From NCBI RefSeq assembly GCF_006345805.1, contig NW_021826523.1, positions 1 through 12,709 on the forward strand: a stretch of DNA of 12,709 bases. Direction: 5' to 3'. The position numbers and the translations under genes are program-made. Each line of letters begins with the position of its first letter. The stretch's first letter is position 1. Source of the DNA: Octopus sinensis. Lineage: Eukaryota. Positions 1 through 11,293 of the stretch are shown in pieces. The notes beneath the pieces were generated by a model. It had not been told where the DNA came from. It saw only the letters and a program-made list of their open reading frames with translations, and searched no databases.

Positions 1-142
1 AGATAGAGAGAGAGAGAGAGGGAGAGATATAAAGAGAGAGAGAGAAAGAGAGAGAGAGGGAGAGGGAGTGAGAAAGAGAGAGAGGGAGAGGGAGAGAGAG
101 AAACAGAGAGAGGGAGAGGGAGAGAGAGAGGGAGAGAGAGAA

Positions 143-183
<41 letters not shown>
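1..183. repeat. (GA)n / purine-rich microsatellite
   Basis: Near-continuous GA/GGGA/GAAA units; accounts for the ER-repeat start of ORF 68..385. Confidence 0.97.
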
Positions 184-410
184 AGAAAAGAATTTTCGGC
201 ACTTGCTTCTCTTCGCTTTCAATCAAAGTTCCAAAGCTGTCAAAATCCGCTCGAAACATTTGTGCTGTGGACGAAGAAGGCATTGTTACCGAAAGAACTG
301 CACGGAAATGGTTTTCACGCTTGAAAGAGAGGAAACACGACTGCGCAGACTCTTCGCAATTCGGCCGATCTGTTCATTTCAATGAGGATATCGCTTTTTT
401 AATTTATAAG
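182..410 (+). pseudogene. Mariner (Tc1/mariner, Mos1/SETMAR-type) transposase N-terminal HTH fragment, frameshifted and truncated
   Basis: Translates as EEKNFRHLLLFAFNQSSKAVK. Skipping one base in the AAAA run at 242-245 continues as SARNICAVDEEGIVTERTARKWFSRLKERKHDCADSSQFGRSVHFNED. This matches the mariner pattern FRH..LF.F..G..A..A.R.IC.VYG......RT...WF..F..G.FDL.D..RSGRP. No DDD domain or TIR is visible; the fragment ends at the SINE starting at ~409. Confidence 0.88.
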
Positions 411-819
411 TGGCTGTGTGGTAAGTAGTTTGCTTACCAACCACATGGTTCCGGGTTCAGTCCCACTGCGTGGCACCTTGGGCAAGTGTCTTCTACTATA
501 GCCTCAGGCCGACCAAAGCCTTGTGAGTGGATTTGGTAGACAGAAACTGAAAGAAGCCCGTCGTATATATGTATATATATATGTGTATGTGTGCGTGAAT
601 GTTTGTGTGTCTTTGTTTGTCCCCCTAGCATTGTTTAACAACCGATGCTGGTGTGTTTATGTCCCCGTTACTTAGCGGTTCGGCAAAAGAGACCGATAGA
701 ATAAGTACTGGGTTTACAAAGAATAAGTCCCGGGGTCGAGTCGCTCGATTAAAAGCGGTGCTCCAGCATGGCCGCAGTCAAATGACTGAAACAAGTAAAA
801 GAGTAAAGAGTAAAGAGTA
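409..819 (+). mobile_element. tRNA-derived SINE, family A (bipartite, internal TA/TG microsatellite, (TAAAGAG)n tail)
   Basis: A-box TGGCTGTGTGG 411-421, B-box GGTTCAGTCCC 454-464, internal microsatellite ~564-610, 3' end CAGCATGGCCGCAGTCAAATGACTGAAAC followed by a tandem AAAGAGT tail. A second copy lies at 7565-8444. Confidence 0.9.
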
Positions 820-884
820 TTATAGAATTACTACAGAAGTGTTGCATCAAGTTGTTTAAACGTTCTTCACTGATCTGGGAGTTG

Positions 885-1101
885 ATATTGGTTTCAGATT
901 TTCGCACAAGACCAGCAATGTTGGAGGAAGGGTCCAAGTCAATTATATGGACCCCAATGCTCAACTGGTAATTATTTTATCGGCCGCGGAAAGATAAATG
1001 ACAAAGTCACGACCCCGGAGGAATTTGAACTCAGAACCAGAAGACGGATATGCTAAGCATTTAGTCCGGCGTGCTAACGATTCTGCCAGATCGCTGCCCT
1101 A
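885..1101 (-). mobile_element. tRNA-derived SINE, family B (Nin/Deu-like core), diverged copy 1
   Basis: Reverse complement begins AGGGCAGCGATCTGGCAGAATCGTTAGCACGCCGG and contains B-box-like GAGTTCAAATTCC. Aligns by eye with 1114-1334 and 4693-4890. Confidence 0.85.
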
Positions 1102-1113
1102 GTGAGGTAACTG

Positions 1114-1334
1114 ATATTGGTTTCAAGTTTTGACGGAAGGCCAGTAATTTGGGGGGAGGGTTTAAGTCCATTAGATCGACCCCAGGATTCAACCGGTACT
1201 TATATTATCGACCCCGAAAGGACAAAAGGCAAAATCGACTTCGGCCGAATTTGAATCCAGAATGCAAAGACGGACAAAATGCCGCTAAGCATTTTGTCCG
1301 GCGCGGCAACGATTCTGCCAGCTCGCCACCCTTA
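1114..1334 (-). mobile_element. tRNA-derived SINE, family B (Nin/Deu-like core), copy 2
   Basis: Reverse complement AAGGGTGGCGAGCTGGCAGAATCGTT...GATTCAAATTCGGCCGAAGTCGATTTTGCCTTTTGTCCTTTCGGGGTCGATAATATAAGTACC. The core resembles the Deu/Nin domain (GCCTTYCATCCTTYCGRGGTCGRTAAA.TRAGTACC). Bounded by the direct repeat GGTAACTGATATT at 1106-1118 and 1340-1352. Confidence 0.88.
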
Positions 1335-1429
1335 AATATGGTAACTGATATTAAAAGCAGCTTTGCTATTGCACCATCATCATTATCCTCATCAACCCCT
1401 GGACATTGCTGGCTCGAATCTTAGGACAC

Positions 1430-1660
1430 ATAGCGCCAGTTACTCGGTTTCTATGGAGTAAAAGTGACCGAAAACACAGCATCCAACCCCACCCACGAAC
1501 GAGACTCATGTTGTGGGGTTACCTATTTACAGCTGAGTGGAGTAACATCAAATAAAGGGATCTGCTAAAAAAATAACAATGTACTGCCCGGCCTGAGAAT
1601 CGAAACCACAATCTTATTATGATCGTGAGTATAACAACCTAACCATTAGGCCACACATCT
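1430..1660 (-). mobile_element. Old tRNA-derived SINE with Meta/V-SINE-like body
   Basis: Minus-strand A-box TGGCCTAATGG (1643-1653), B-box-like GGTTTCGATTC (1597-1607), core CTCCACTCAGCTGTAAATAGGT (1521-1542). The head resembles those at 8040-8118 and 6470-6500. Confidence 0.75.
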
Positions 1661-1768
1661 TTACTTAATGGAAACAGACGACTTTTAAAAGATTCGTAGT
1701 GTCAACAATTATCTCTATTCGTTAATGTAATTAAGTAATTCAAGTTTAATTTTCATAAAATACATTTG

Positions 1769-2207
1769 GGATCTTTTTGGTTTGAACGGCAGTTTTTTAA
1801 AATAATTTCCACGCAACTAAACACTTTTAAACTTCGTATACTGGTAGAATGTGTTTATAAAACATCTTTTTCTCTTGGCTTTATTCAGAAAATTCTATAG
1901 TTTGTTAGATATTTGGTTTTTTTTTCTTCAATTTCTGCAATTTCAACCAATCAATGACGTCTATTGAGGTGAAAACATTCTGTGCCGTATGAATATGTCC
2001 CTCGTTTAAGAAACAGATTGGATTTATTTACATTTGTGAAGAAAAAAGATACTCTTCCCCCCACCCCTAACCCTAACCCTAACCCTAACTCTAACCCCAA
2101 CCCTAAAACAGATTGAAATGCAATAGATCGATACTAGGGTCATAATTATGGGTGACATTTTCATATGACACCGCTAGAAAAAACTGCCGTTCAAACCGAA
2201 AAGATCC
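1769..2207. mobile_element. MITE / non-autonomous DNA transposon, 30-bp TIRs, 8-bp TSD (Merlin-like by terminal GG and TSD length)
   Basis: Left TIR GGATCTTTTTGGTTTGAACGGCAGTTTTTT (1769-1798) and right TIR AAAAAACTGCCGTTCAAACCGAAAAGATCC (2178-2207) match at 29/30. Flanks TACATTTG (1761-1768) and TACATTCG (2208-2215) match at 7/8. No ORF. The superfamily call is inference. Confidence 0.92.
2065..2106 (-). repeat. Interstitial telomeric repeat (TTAGGG)7 inside the MITE
   Basis: CCCTAA x4, CTCTAA, CCCCAA, CCCTAA. Confidence 0.93.
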
Positions 2208-2529
2208 TACATTCGCTACTTTTGCTACTTTTGCTGTTCTCATGATGCTGAAGGACTATCTTCTAAAATTGGTTCTATGCGAAAAATAAAAAAATAAAAA
2301 AAAACTTACGGCTGGTTCCACAGATCCTTACATGGATATACATAAATTAGCGATTCTAAAAGCCATCTACGCATTTTACTTAATGTATATACACAGTAAA
2401 TAGGCCAGTTACTGTAATATTTGTCCGGAGATAATATCTCTTATGGACGTACAATGTTAAAAACATAACAAATATCAGAGGGAGAGGAACATTCCTCCCA
2501 GTAATAGTAGCAGCAGCAACCAGCGGCCT

Positions 2530-3060
2530 TTAAGCTATTTGGTGTTATCTTTCTTCATCTTGTTGGATTTATACTTGTCTCTGAGTGAATTATTAATTTT
2601 TGTATCATATTGTTCTTTATTCGTAATTACAAACATATTACATTTGTCACTCTTACAGAATTTTATATTGTCCTTATCTTTTAGGTCCTGTAGTACTTTT
2701 TAAGTCATTTTTTAATCTAATTTTTTATTATATTTTTTTATGGGACTCTACTAATACGTTCCACACGAAGTAAGGAGTCTTCAAGTTTTTCATTTTCAAG
2801 TTTGTAGTCTTCAAGTTTCTCATCAATGTTTTTGATGTTTCGGTTTTTCAAATTTCATAAGTTTTGGCCTTGTCGCTTGATTTCAGCATTTCTCTTGTCT
2901 TGGTTATATTTTAAGTTGTAGGTGAATGCCTCTAGCGTGGGCGAGGAGCATGATTTAGTCAGTGTTGAATGCATGTTAAGAAACGAATTTATGCTCTTAC
3001 CTTAGGTAGAGAGATGTTTCCTTGGTACAGTCTGCTTAGATTCTTTATGTTGTGTCTAAT
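2530..3060 (-). pseudogene. Possible decayed retroelement ORF (Penelope-like N-terminal region)
   Basis: Minus-strand frames give IRHNIKNLSRLYQGNISLPKVRA*IRFLTCIQH* and, after a frameshift, PTLEAFTYNLKYNQDKRNAEIKRQGQNL*NLKNRNIKNIDEKLEDYKLENEKLEDSLLRV. A-rich and K/N/E-rich, loosely like the PLE N-terminal H..FL..C....P.GF motif. No RT or GIY-YIG motif seen. Confidence 0.33.
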
Positions 3061-3218
3061 ACATCTACAGAAAATGTTCTGTAGTTCATTGAGGGATGTT
3101 TACGTATGCGGGCAAACTCATCCTCGACCAACGAAGATCGTGAAATCAATAAATATGCACATGCCGTAGATTTTAAATGTTTTTAAATGTTCCTAATACT
3201 GTGGTTCATGTATTCAAC

Positions 3219-3221
<3 letters not shown>

Positions 3222-3307
<86 letters not shown>

Positions 3308-3327
3308 TGTATGTATATATATATATA
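3222..3327. repeat. (TA)n(TATG)n compound microsatellite
   Basis: Direct reading. Confidence 0.97.
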
Positions 3328-3447
3328 AAATACAAAATGGGACAAGAACGCAAAACATCCAAATAGACGATACAAAAAACACGGACGGGTCATTCGAAGC
3401 CTTTAATCTTCAGTCAAGAACCGGATCATCCTCGCAATTTCGGCTGA
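3328..3447. mobile_element. Short interspersed repeat fragment embedded in microsatellite (possibly a Penelope-like pseudo-LTR piece)
   Basis: 120 bp of complex sequence with sharp borders, flanked on both sides by the same (TA)n(TATG)n compound repeat. Family assignment is inference. Confidence 0.5.
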
Positions 3448-3453
3448 TATATA

Positions 3454-3489
<36 letters not shown>

Positions 3490-3510
3490 TGTATGTATGT
3501 ATGTATGTAT
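3447..3510. repeat. (TA)n(TATG)n compound microsatellite
   Basis: Direct reading. Confidence 0.97.
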
Positions 3511-4062
3511 CCATATACAAACTGTTGTGTTGTATAAAGAAACTCAGAGAGGGCAATAGTTGTCGTGAATGTAGACTTTTACAAGTAGAAAGTAAACTGG
3601 ATGAAGCAGACGATCTCGCGATAAATCACGATAAAAACCGACAAGTGGTGAAAATAGTTACAAGACAGTGCAACGTATATACATACATAACGGACACACG
3701 ACACAACACGTACATATATGTATGTATATGTGTGTGTATTTATTTTTGTATATACGTGAATAATAATAACGGGTAAAAAAATTAAACACGCAAACGAACC
3801 CAATGCAATGACGGGAGAATATGGGAACAAAGTAAGAAAGAAAGGAAAAAAATTACAGCAAGATAAGAGTGAAGAGGGAGATAATTAAGTGAGTTAAGAC
3901 TAACTATTCTGTACTTAGAAAGTAATATATTTTTTTATTTCCATTTCACAATCTACTTGGCTTCAAGAGATATTTATAAATACAAGACACAACGAAATAC
4001 ACTGAATGATTTAGTTTTTGCTAAATTAGACTTGCCACTTGCCACTCAGTACTTGTGCCCAG

Positions 4063-4119
4063 ATAATAATAGTAATAGTAATAATAATAATAATGATGAT
4101 AATAACAATAATAATGATG

Positions 4120-4204
<85 letters not shown>
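4063..4204. repeat. (AAT)n microsatellite
   Basis: Direct reading; explains the poly-N, poly-I and poly-Y ORFs. Confidence 0.98.
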
Positions 4205-4205
<1 letters not shown>

Positions 4206-4536
4206 TATACATGCATGTATATATATACATGTATAAATAAATATATATAAATATATATATGTATATGATTATATTACACATATATATACACACATCCTGA
4301 TACATATATACATATATAATATATATATACATATATATATATATAACATATATATATATATACATATATATATACATATATATATATACATATATATATA
4401 CATATATATATTCATACATATATATATATACATATATACATATATATATATACATACATATATATATATATATATATACATAGCAATTAAGGGTTTAGCA
4501 ACGAATTGCCTAACATACATATATATATACATATAT

Positions 4537-4583
<47 letters not shown>

Positions 4584-4643
4584 ATATATATATATATTAT
4601 ATATATATATATTATATATATATACATACATACATACATACAT
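4205..4643. repeat. (TA)n/(TACA)n low-complexity tract, interrupted by a ~32-bp complex insert at 4482-4513
   Basis: Direct reading. Confidence 0.96.
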
Positions 4644-4692
4644 AATCTAGTTCAGCAGGCCCCTTAAAGCTAACAACAAAATGTCTATTACT

Positions 4693-4890
4693 AAGGCGGC
4701 GAGCTGGCAGAGTCTTTAGCTCGCCAGGAACAATGCTTATCGGCATTTCGTCTGTCCTTACGTTCTGATTTCAATTCCCGCCAAGGTCGACTTTGCCTTT
4801 CATCCTTTCGGGGTGAAACACTGGGATCAATGTAAAATTGCCCAGTCCCTCTCCCAAAATTTCAGGCCTTGTGCCTTTAGTCGAAAGAAT
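4693..4890 (+). mobile_element. tRNA-derived SINE, family B, copy 3 with an internal deletion
   Basis: AAGGCGGCGAGCTGGCAGA head, GGTCGACTTTGCCTTTCATCCTTTCGGGGT core and CTCCCAAAATTTCAGGCCTTGTGCC 3' part. About 20 bp (CGATAA..AAGTACC) is missing near 4815 relative to copy 2. Confidence 0.88.
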
Positions 4891-5134
4891 TTTATCCTTC
4901 TTTGTTTTTTTTTTGTTCTGTTTTTTTTTTTTTTGTTTTCCAAATTTCTGTCTTTTCTTTCCCCTTTTCTGATATCATGGTGGCTGAATATCATATGTTG
5001 CTCATGTTGTTGTTGCTGGTGGTTGTTGCTTTTGTGGATTTTTTTTCCCTTTTCTCTGGAGGTTTAACGATGTTTGTCATGGCGGAATGTTGTTCACTTT
5101 TGCTAAGGAATGTTCTCCTTTTCCCTTGTATCCT

Positions 5135-5142
5135 TATATACA

Positions 5143-5198
<56 letters not shown>

Positions 5199-5391
5199 CA
5201 CCACATGACAAACTCACACACACATATATATATATATATACATATATATGTATATATATGTATATATATATATGTATGTATATATATATACATATATGTA
5301 TATATATAAATACACGTATTTATGTGTATATATGTATATATAAGTATATATATACGTATACAGACACACACACATACATACACATACACAC

Positions 5392-5422
<31 letters not shown>

Positions 5423-5584
5423 CATATATACATATACAGACACACATATATACATATATATACATAAGTATATATATACGTTCATATATATATATATATA
5501 CACACACATATATACACATACCTATATATGTATATATATATATATATATACATGCATACATTCATGTATATATATATACATATG
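5135..5584. repeat. (CACG)n, (CA)n, (TA)n compound microsatellite
   Basis: Direct reading. Confidence 0.97.
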
Positions 5585-5665
5585 TGCATTGTTCTTATAT
5601 TTTTGGTTTGTTTCTGTCTCAAAACCGACGGTTGTTCTCGAGGTTGTTTCTCGATGGTTGGCTTG

Positions 5666-5701
<36 letters not shown>

Positions 5702-5720
5702 AACAGCTACAACATCAACA
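5666..5720. repeat. (CAA)n microsatellite
   Basis: Direct reading. Confidence 0.95.
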
Positions 5721-5809
5721 TGTCGATACTTGTTTTCAGTGGAAAGGCGATATAATTGTTTAAACCCACAAACAACATAAATAAACCCCTAAGGAGGCTC
5801 CTCTACACG

Positions 5810-6471
5810 TTACCACCAACACACCACTACTCATGCTATTGCCACCACTACATCTGTACTGTAGCTATCATAGTCAACAGTTCACTATTGCAGACATTAT
5901 CACCAACACATCTATACAGCCACCACCACCACCACCACCACCACCGTCACCACAACTGCCACCACCACCACCAGCAGCACCACCAGCACCACCACCACAA
6001 CTACCACCAAAGCCACCGTTACCACTTCCATCACAAGTAGCGCCACACCACAATCATCACCACCACCACCACCACCACCACCACCACCACCACCATCGCC
6101 ACCACAAACGTCACTACCACCACAATCACAACCACATCACCACCACAAACACTACCACAATCACCACCACAAACACCACCACCAGCAGCAGACCCTATTC
6201 ACCGCTGCCACCACTACCACCAACAGCGCCATCGGCCCCACATCTTCCACCACCATCACCACTTCCATCACAAGTAGCCCCACACCACAATCATCACCAC
6301 CACCAACACTAACACCATCACCACCACAAACATCGCCACTACCACAATCACAACCACATCACCACCACAAACACCACTACTACCACAATCACCACCACCA
6401 CCACCATCACCACCAGACCCTACCCACCGCTGCCGCCAGCAACACTAGCAGCGCCATCGGCCCCACATCTT
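5810..6471. repeat. Degenerate (ACC)n low-complexity tract containing a ~230-bp tandem duplication
   Basis: ACCACTTCCATCACAAGTAG starts at 6021 and 6258. CAGCGCCATCGGCCCCACATCTT occurs at 6224-6246 and 6449-6471. Confidence 0.9.
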
Positions 6472-6751
6472 ACGATCATAATACCGTGAGTTTAATTCCC
6501 GATGGTTGCATCCTTAAGCAAGACACTTCATTTCACGTAACTCCCGTCTGTTCAGCAGGCACAAATGAGTCGTACCTGTATTTCAAAGGGGCCAGTCTTG
6601 TCACCTGCGTCATGCTGAATCTCCTTAAGAACTGCATTAAGGGCACGCGTATCTGTGGAGTTCTCAGCCACTTGCACGTTAATTTCACGAGTAGGCTGTT
6701 ACGTTGATCGGATCACCTGGAACTCGCGTCGTCGTAACCGACGGAGTGCCA
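6468..6751 (+). mobile_element. tRNA-derived SINE, family C, 5'-truncated (A-box lost)
   Basis: B-box-like GAGTTTAATTCCC ~6488-6500, then CCTTAAGCAAGACACTT (V/Meta-SINE-like post-head block), ending GTCGTAACCGACGGAGTGCCA. Shares ACGATCATAATA with the minus-strand head of 1430-1660. Confidence 0.82.
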
Positions 6752-6779
6752 TTTTGTATTAGTGATATTCGGTATGGAA

Positions 6780-6980
6780 TTAGATGTGATAGGGGTGCTG
6801 GTAGTGGCAGTGATGTTAATGGTACCGAATACGTAGTAAAAAGAGCTGTAGGTGTTGTGTTAAGGGTGATGATGGTGGTGGTAATGTTGCTGGAGGAGAG
6901 GATAGCACAATCGGAGGTGGTGGCAGTGATATGTGATAACGAGTGGTGGTGGCGCTAAGGGTATAAAATGGCGGTGATAA
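6780..6980. repeat. Degenerate (GGT)n low-complexity tract
   Basis: GGT/GAT/GTT triplets; explains Val-rich ORF 6704..6958. Confidence 0.7.
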
Positions 6981-7382
6981 GTATATCACCGAATGTTCAA
7001 GTATATGACCAGCGATATACATCAACCATTTCACTAGTTGCCATCTCCGCTTTCCTTCTGTGTCACGTGACTAATCTCCTGTCAATTATGGAGTCCTTAG
7101 GGTTCTCTTTTATTGAGTAATTCTATAAGAAGGGCCATAAAGAATCCCTTAACAAGATATCCAATGATTTGGAAATCAATGAATGTCTGAAAATGAAATA
7201 AAAGTAAAGAATCGCCTTGACAAAATGTTGATAAAATAAAATAAAATAAATATCTGTCATGGCGGACTTGCGAAGAGAACGAACTTCTTCATTTATAAAT
7301 GTTATCACCCGGCCTCTTCAATGCTACATTCAGCCTCAGTTCCTTCAAACAAACAGTCTATAGAATATGATGATGGGGATCA

Positions 7383-7492
7383 TGGACTCTCTGGTGGTTT
7401 CGACAAAGGGTATTCTGTCGTTCAGTCATATCAACTGAGTGCTTGTTAAATTAACGTATGAATTAAGGTGGCCGAGTATTCCACAGATGCAC
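7383..7492 (-). mobile_element. Diverged 3' fragment of a family C-like SINE
   Basis: Reverse complement GTGCATCTGTGGAATACTCGGCCAC...ACGTTAATTTAACAAGCA...GTCGAAACCACCAGAGAGTCCA aligns with 6647-6751 (GTATCTGTGGAGTTCTCAGCCAC...ACGTTAATTTCACGAGTA...GTCGTAACCGACGGAGTGCCA). Confidence 0.65.
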
Positions 7493-7564
7493 ACACATAC
7501 GCACACATGCACAGACACACACATAAACATATAGATGCAGGCATGGTAGTATGAGTGAGTGCTA

Positions 7565-8117
7565 GCGTGGCTGTGGGGTTATGAAGCTTGTTTCCTAACC
7601 GTGTAGTCTTCAGTTCCATCCTACTCCATGGCATATTCGAAAAGTGTCTTCCAGTATAGTCCCAGATCGACCAAAGCCTTGTTAGTGGATTTGGTAGATG
7701 GAAACTTAAAGAAGCGCGTCATGTGTGTGTGTGTTTGAGTGTGTGTATGCGTGTGTGTATATATGTATACACACACACAGACGTATCTATATACATATAT
7801 ACATACACACACACACATATATATATATTTATATATCACATGATCACGTGACCGACCAGACCATCAGACGTTGTTACACATCGCGTTCGCATTGTTTTAG
7901 CCTTCGAATGACGCCACCCCGCTGACTAAGCGAGCAGGCCAACAGAAGAAAGAGTGGTGAAAGAGTACGGCAGGGATTGCCATCACCCCCTGCCGGAGCC
8001 TCGTGGAGCTTTTAGGTGTTTTCGCTCAATAAACACTCACAACGCCCGGTCTGGGAATCGAAACCGCGATCCTGCGACCGCGAGTCCGCTGCCCTAACCA
8101 TTAGGCCATTGCGCCTC

Positions 8118-8151
<34 letters not shown>

Positions 8152-8159
8152 CATACAAC

Positions 8160-8203
<44 letters not shown>

Positions 8204-8444
8204 ATATATATATGCGTATGTGTTTCATTGTGTCTATGTTGTCTCCCACTAGCGCTTGACAACCGATGTTGGTTTGCTTAAGTCCCCGTAACTTAGTGGT
8301 TCGGCAAAAGAGACCGATAGAATAAGTACTAGGTTAAAAAGAAAAGTCCTGGGCTAGATTTGTTCGACTAAAACTAATCATGGCGGTGCCCCAGCATGGC
8401 CGCAGTCAAATGACTGAAACAAATAAAAATTAAAAGATAAAAGA
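7565..8444 (+). mobile_element. SINE family A, older copy, split by a nested SINE (5' half 7565-7720, 3' half ~8220-8444)
   Basis: The 5' half matches 411-562 (CGACCAAAGCCTTGT.AGTGGATTTGGTAGA). The 3' half matches 610-819 (GGTTCGGCAAAAGAGACCGATAGAATAAGTACT; CAGCATGGCCGCAGTCAAATGACTGAAAC). Confidence 0.9.
7836..8118 (-). mobile_element. Full-length, young-looking tRNA(Arg-like)-derived SINE, family D, nested in the family A copy
   Basis: Minus strand GGAGGCGCAATGGCCTAATGGTTAGGGCAGCGGACTCGCGG...GGTTTCGATTCCC. A-box 8098-8108, B-box 8054-8064, CpGs retained. Flanked on both sides by (AC)n(AT)n. Confidence 0.9.
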
Positions 8445-8456
8445 TGTATATATATA

Positions 8457-8625
8457 CTGTTGTGTCTGGGGAGAGTCATTTTCTTTTTGTGTCTTATAAT
8501 TTAACACACTCACCGGTAAAATTTCCACTTATTTCTTATTTAAAAAAAGAAAAGTTGAAATTTTACCGGTGAGTGTGTTAAATTATAAGGCACTAAAAGA
8601 GAATAACATTCCCCAGAAACAACAG
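8457..8625. repeat. 169-bp near-perfect inverted repeat (fold-back)
   Basis: Arms 8457-8530 and 8552-8625 match at 66/74, including a perfect 33-bp run. The spacer ATTTCTTATTTAAAAAAAGAA is itself partly self-complementary. Confidence 0.95.
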
Positions 8626-8695
8626 AATATGCTTCAACACATGAACTCTCATAAAGAATCTTGCAGACCAAATCTCAAAACGAAATATATATGTA

Positions 8696-8696
8696 T

Positions 8697-8753
<57 letters not shown>
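8696..8753. repeat. (CA)n microsatellite
   Basis: Direct reading. Confidence 0.97.

Positions 8754-11293
<2,540 letters not shown>

Noticed and set aside
835-872. Minus-strand peptide EERLNNLMQ resembling the continuation of the mariner linker
   Set aside because: Only about 9 residues and on the opposite strand to the relic; could be chance.
2065-2106. True telomere or chromosome fusion scar
   Set aside because: Only 7 units in one orientation, enclosed by TIRs and a TSD.
3383-3420. Second hammerhead candidate on the minus strand (CTGAAGA...CGAAT...GTC)
   Set aside because: GAAU instead of GAAA, and no convincing stem I or stem II in register.
3279-5755. Many ORFs rich in Y/I/M/C/V/H/T or poly-N
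   Set aside because: Translations of TA, TATG, CA and AAT microsatellites, which lack stops in several frames; no domain content.
5833-6312. 159-aa Pro/His/Thr-rich ORF resembling formin or extensin
   Set aside because: It drifts between poly-P, poly-H and poly-T, the three frames of (ACC)n. No flanking domain or splice support.
5075-7266. Repeated TGTCATGGCGGA (5075, 7255) and YY1-like ATGGCGG motifs
   Set aside because: Too short, with no supporting promoter context.
8040-8118. Possible tRNA-Arg gene on the minus strand
   Set aside because: A and B boxes are present, but there is no clean cloverleaf or oligo-T terminator and it runs into a 200-bp SINE body.
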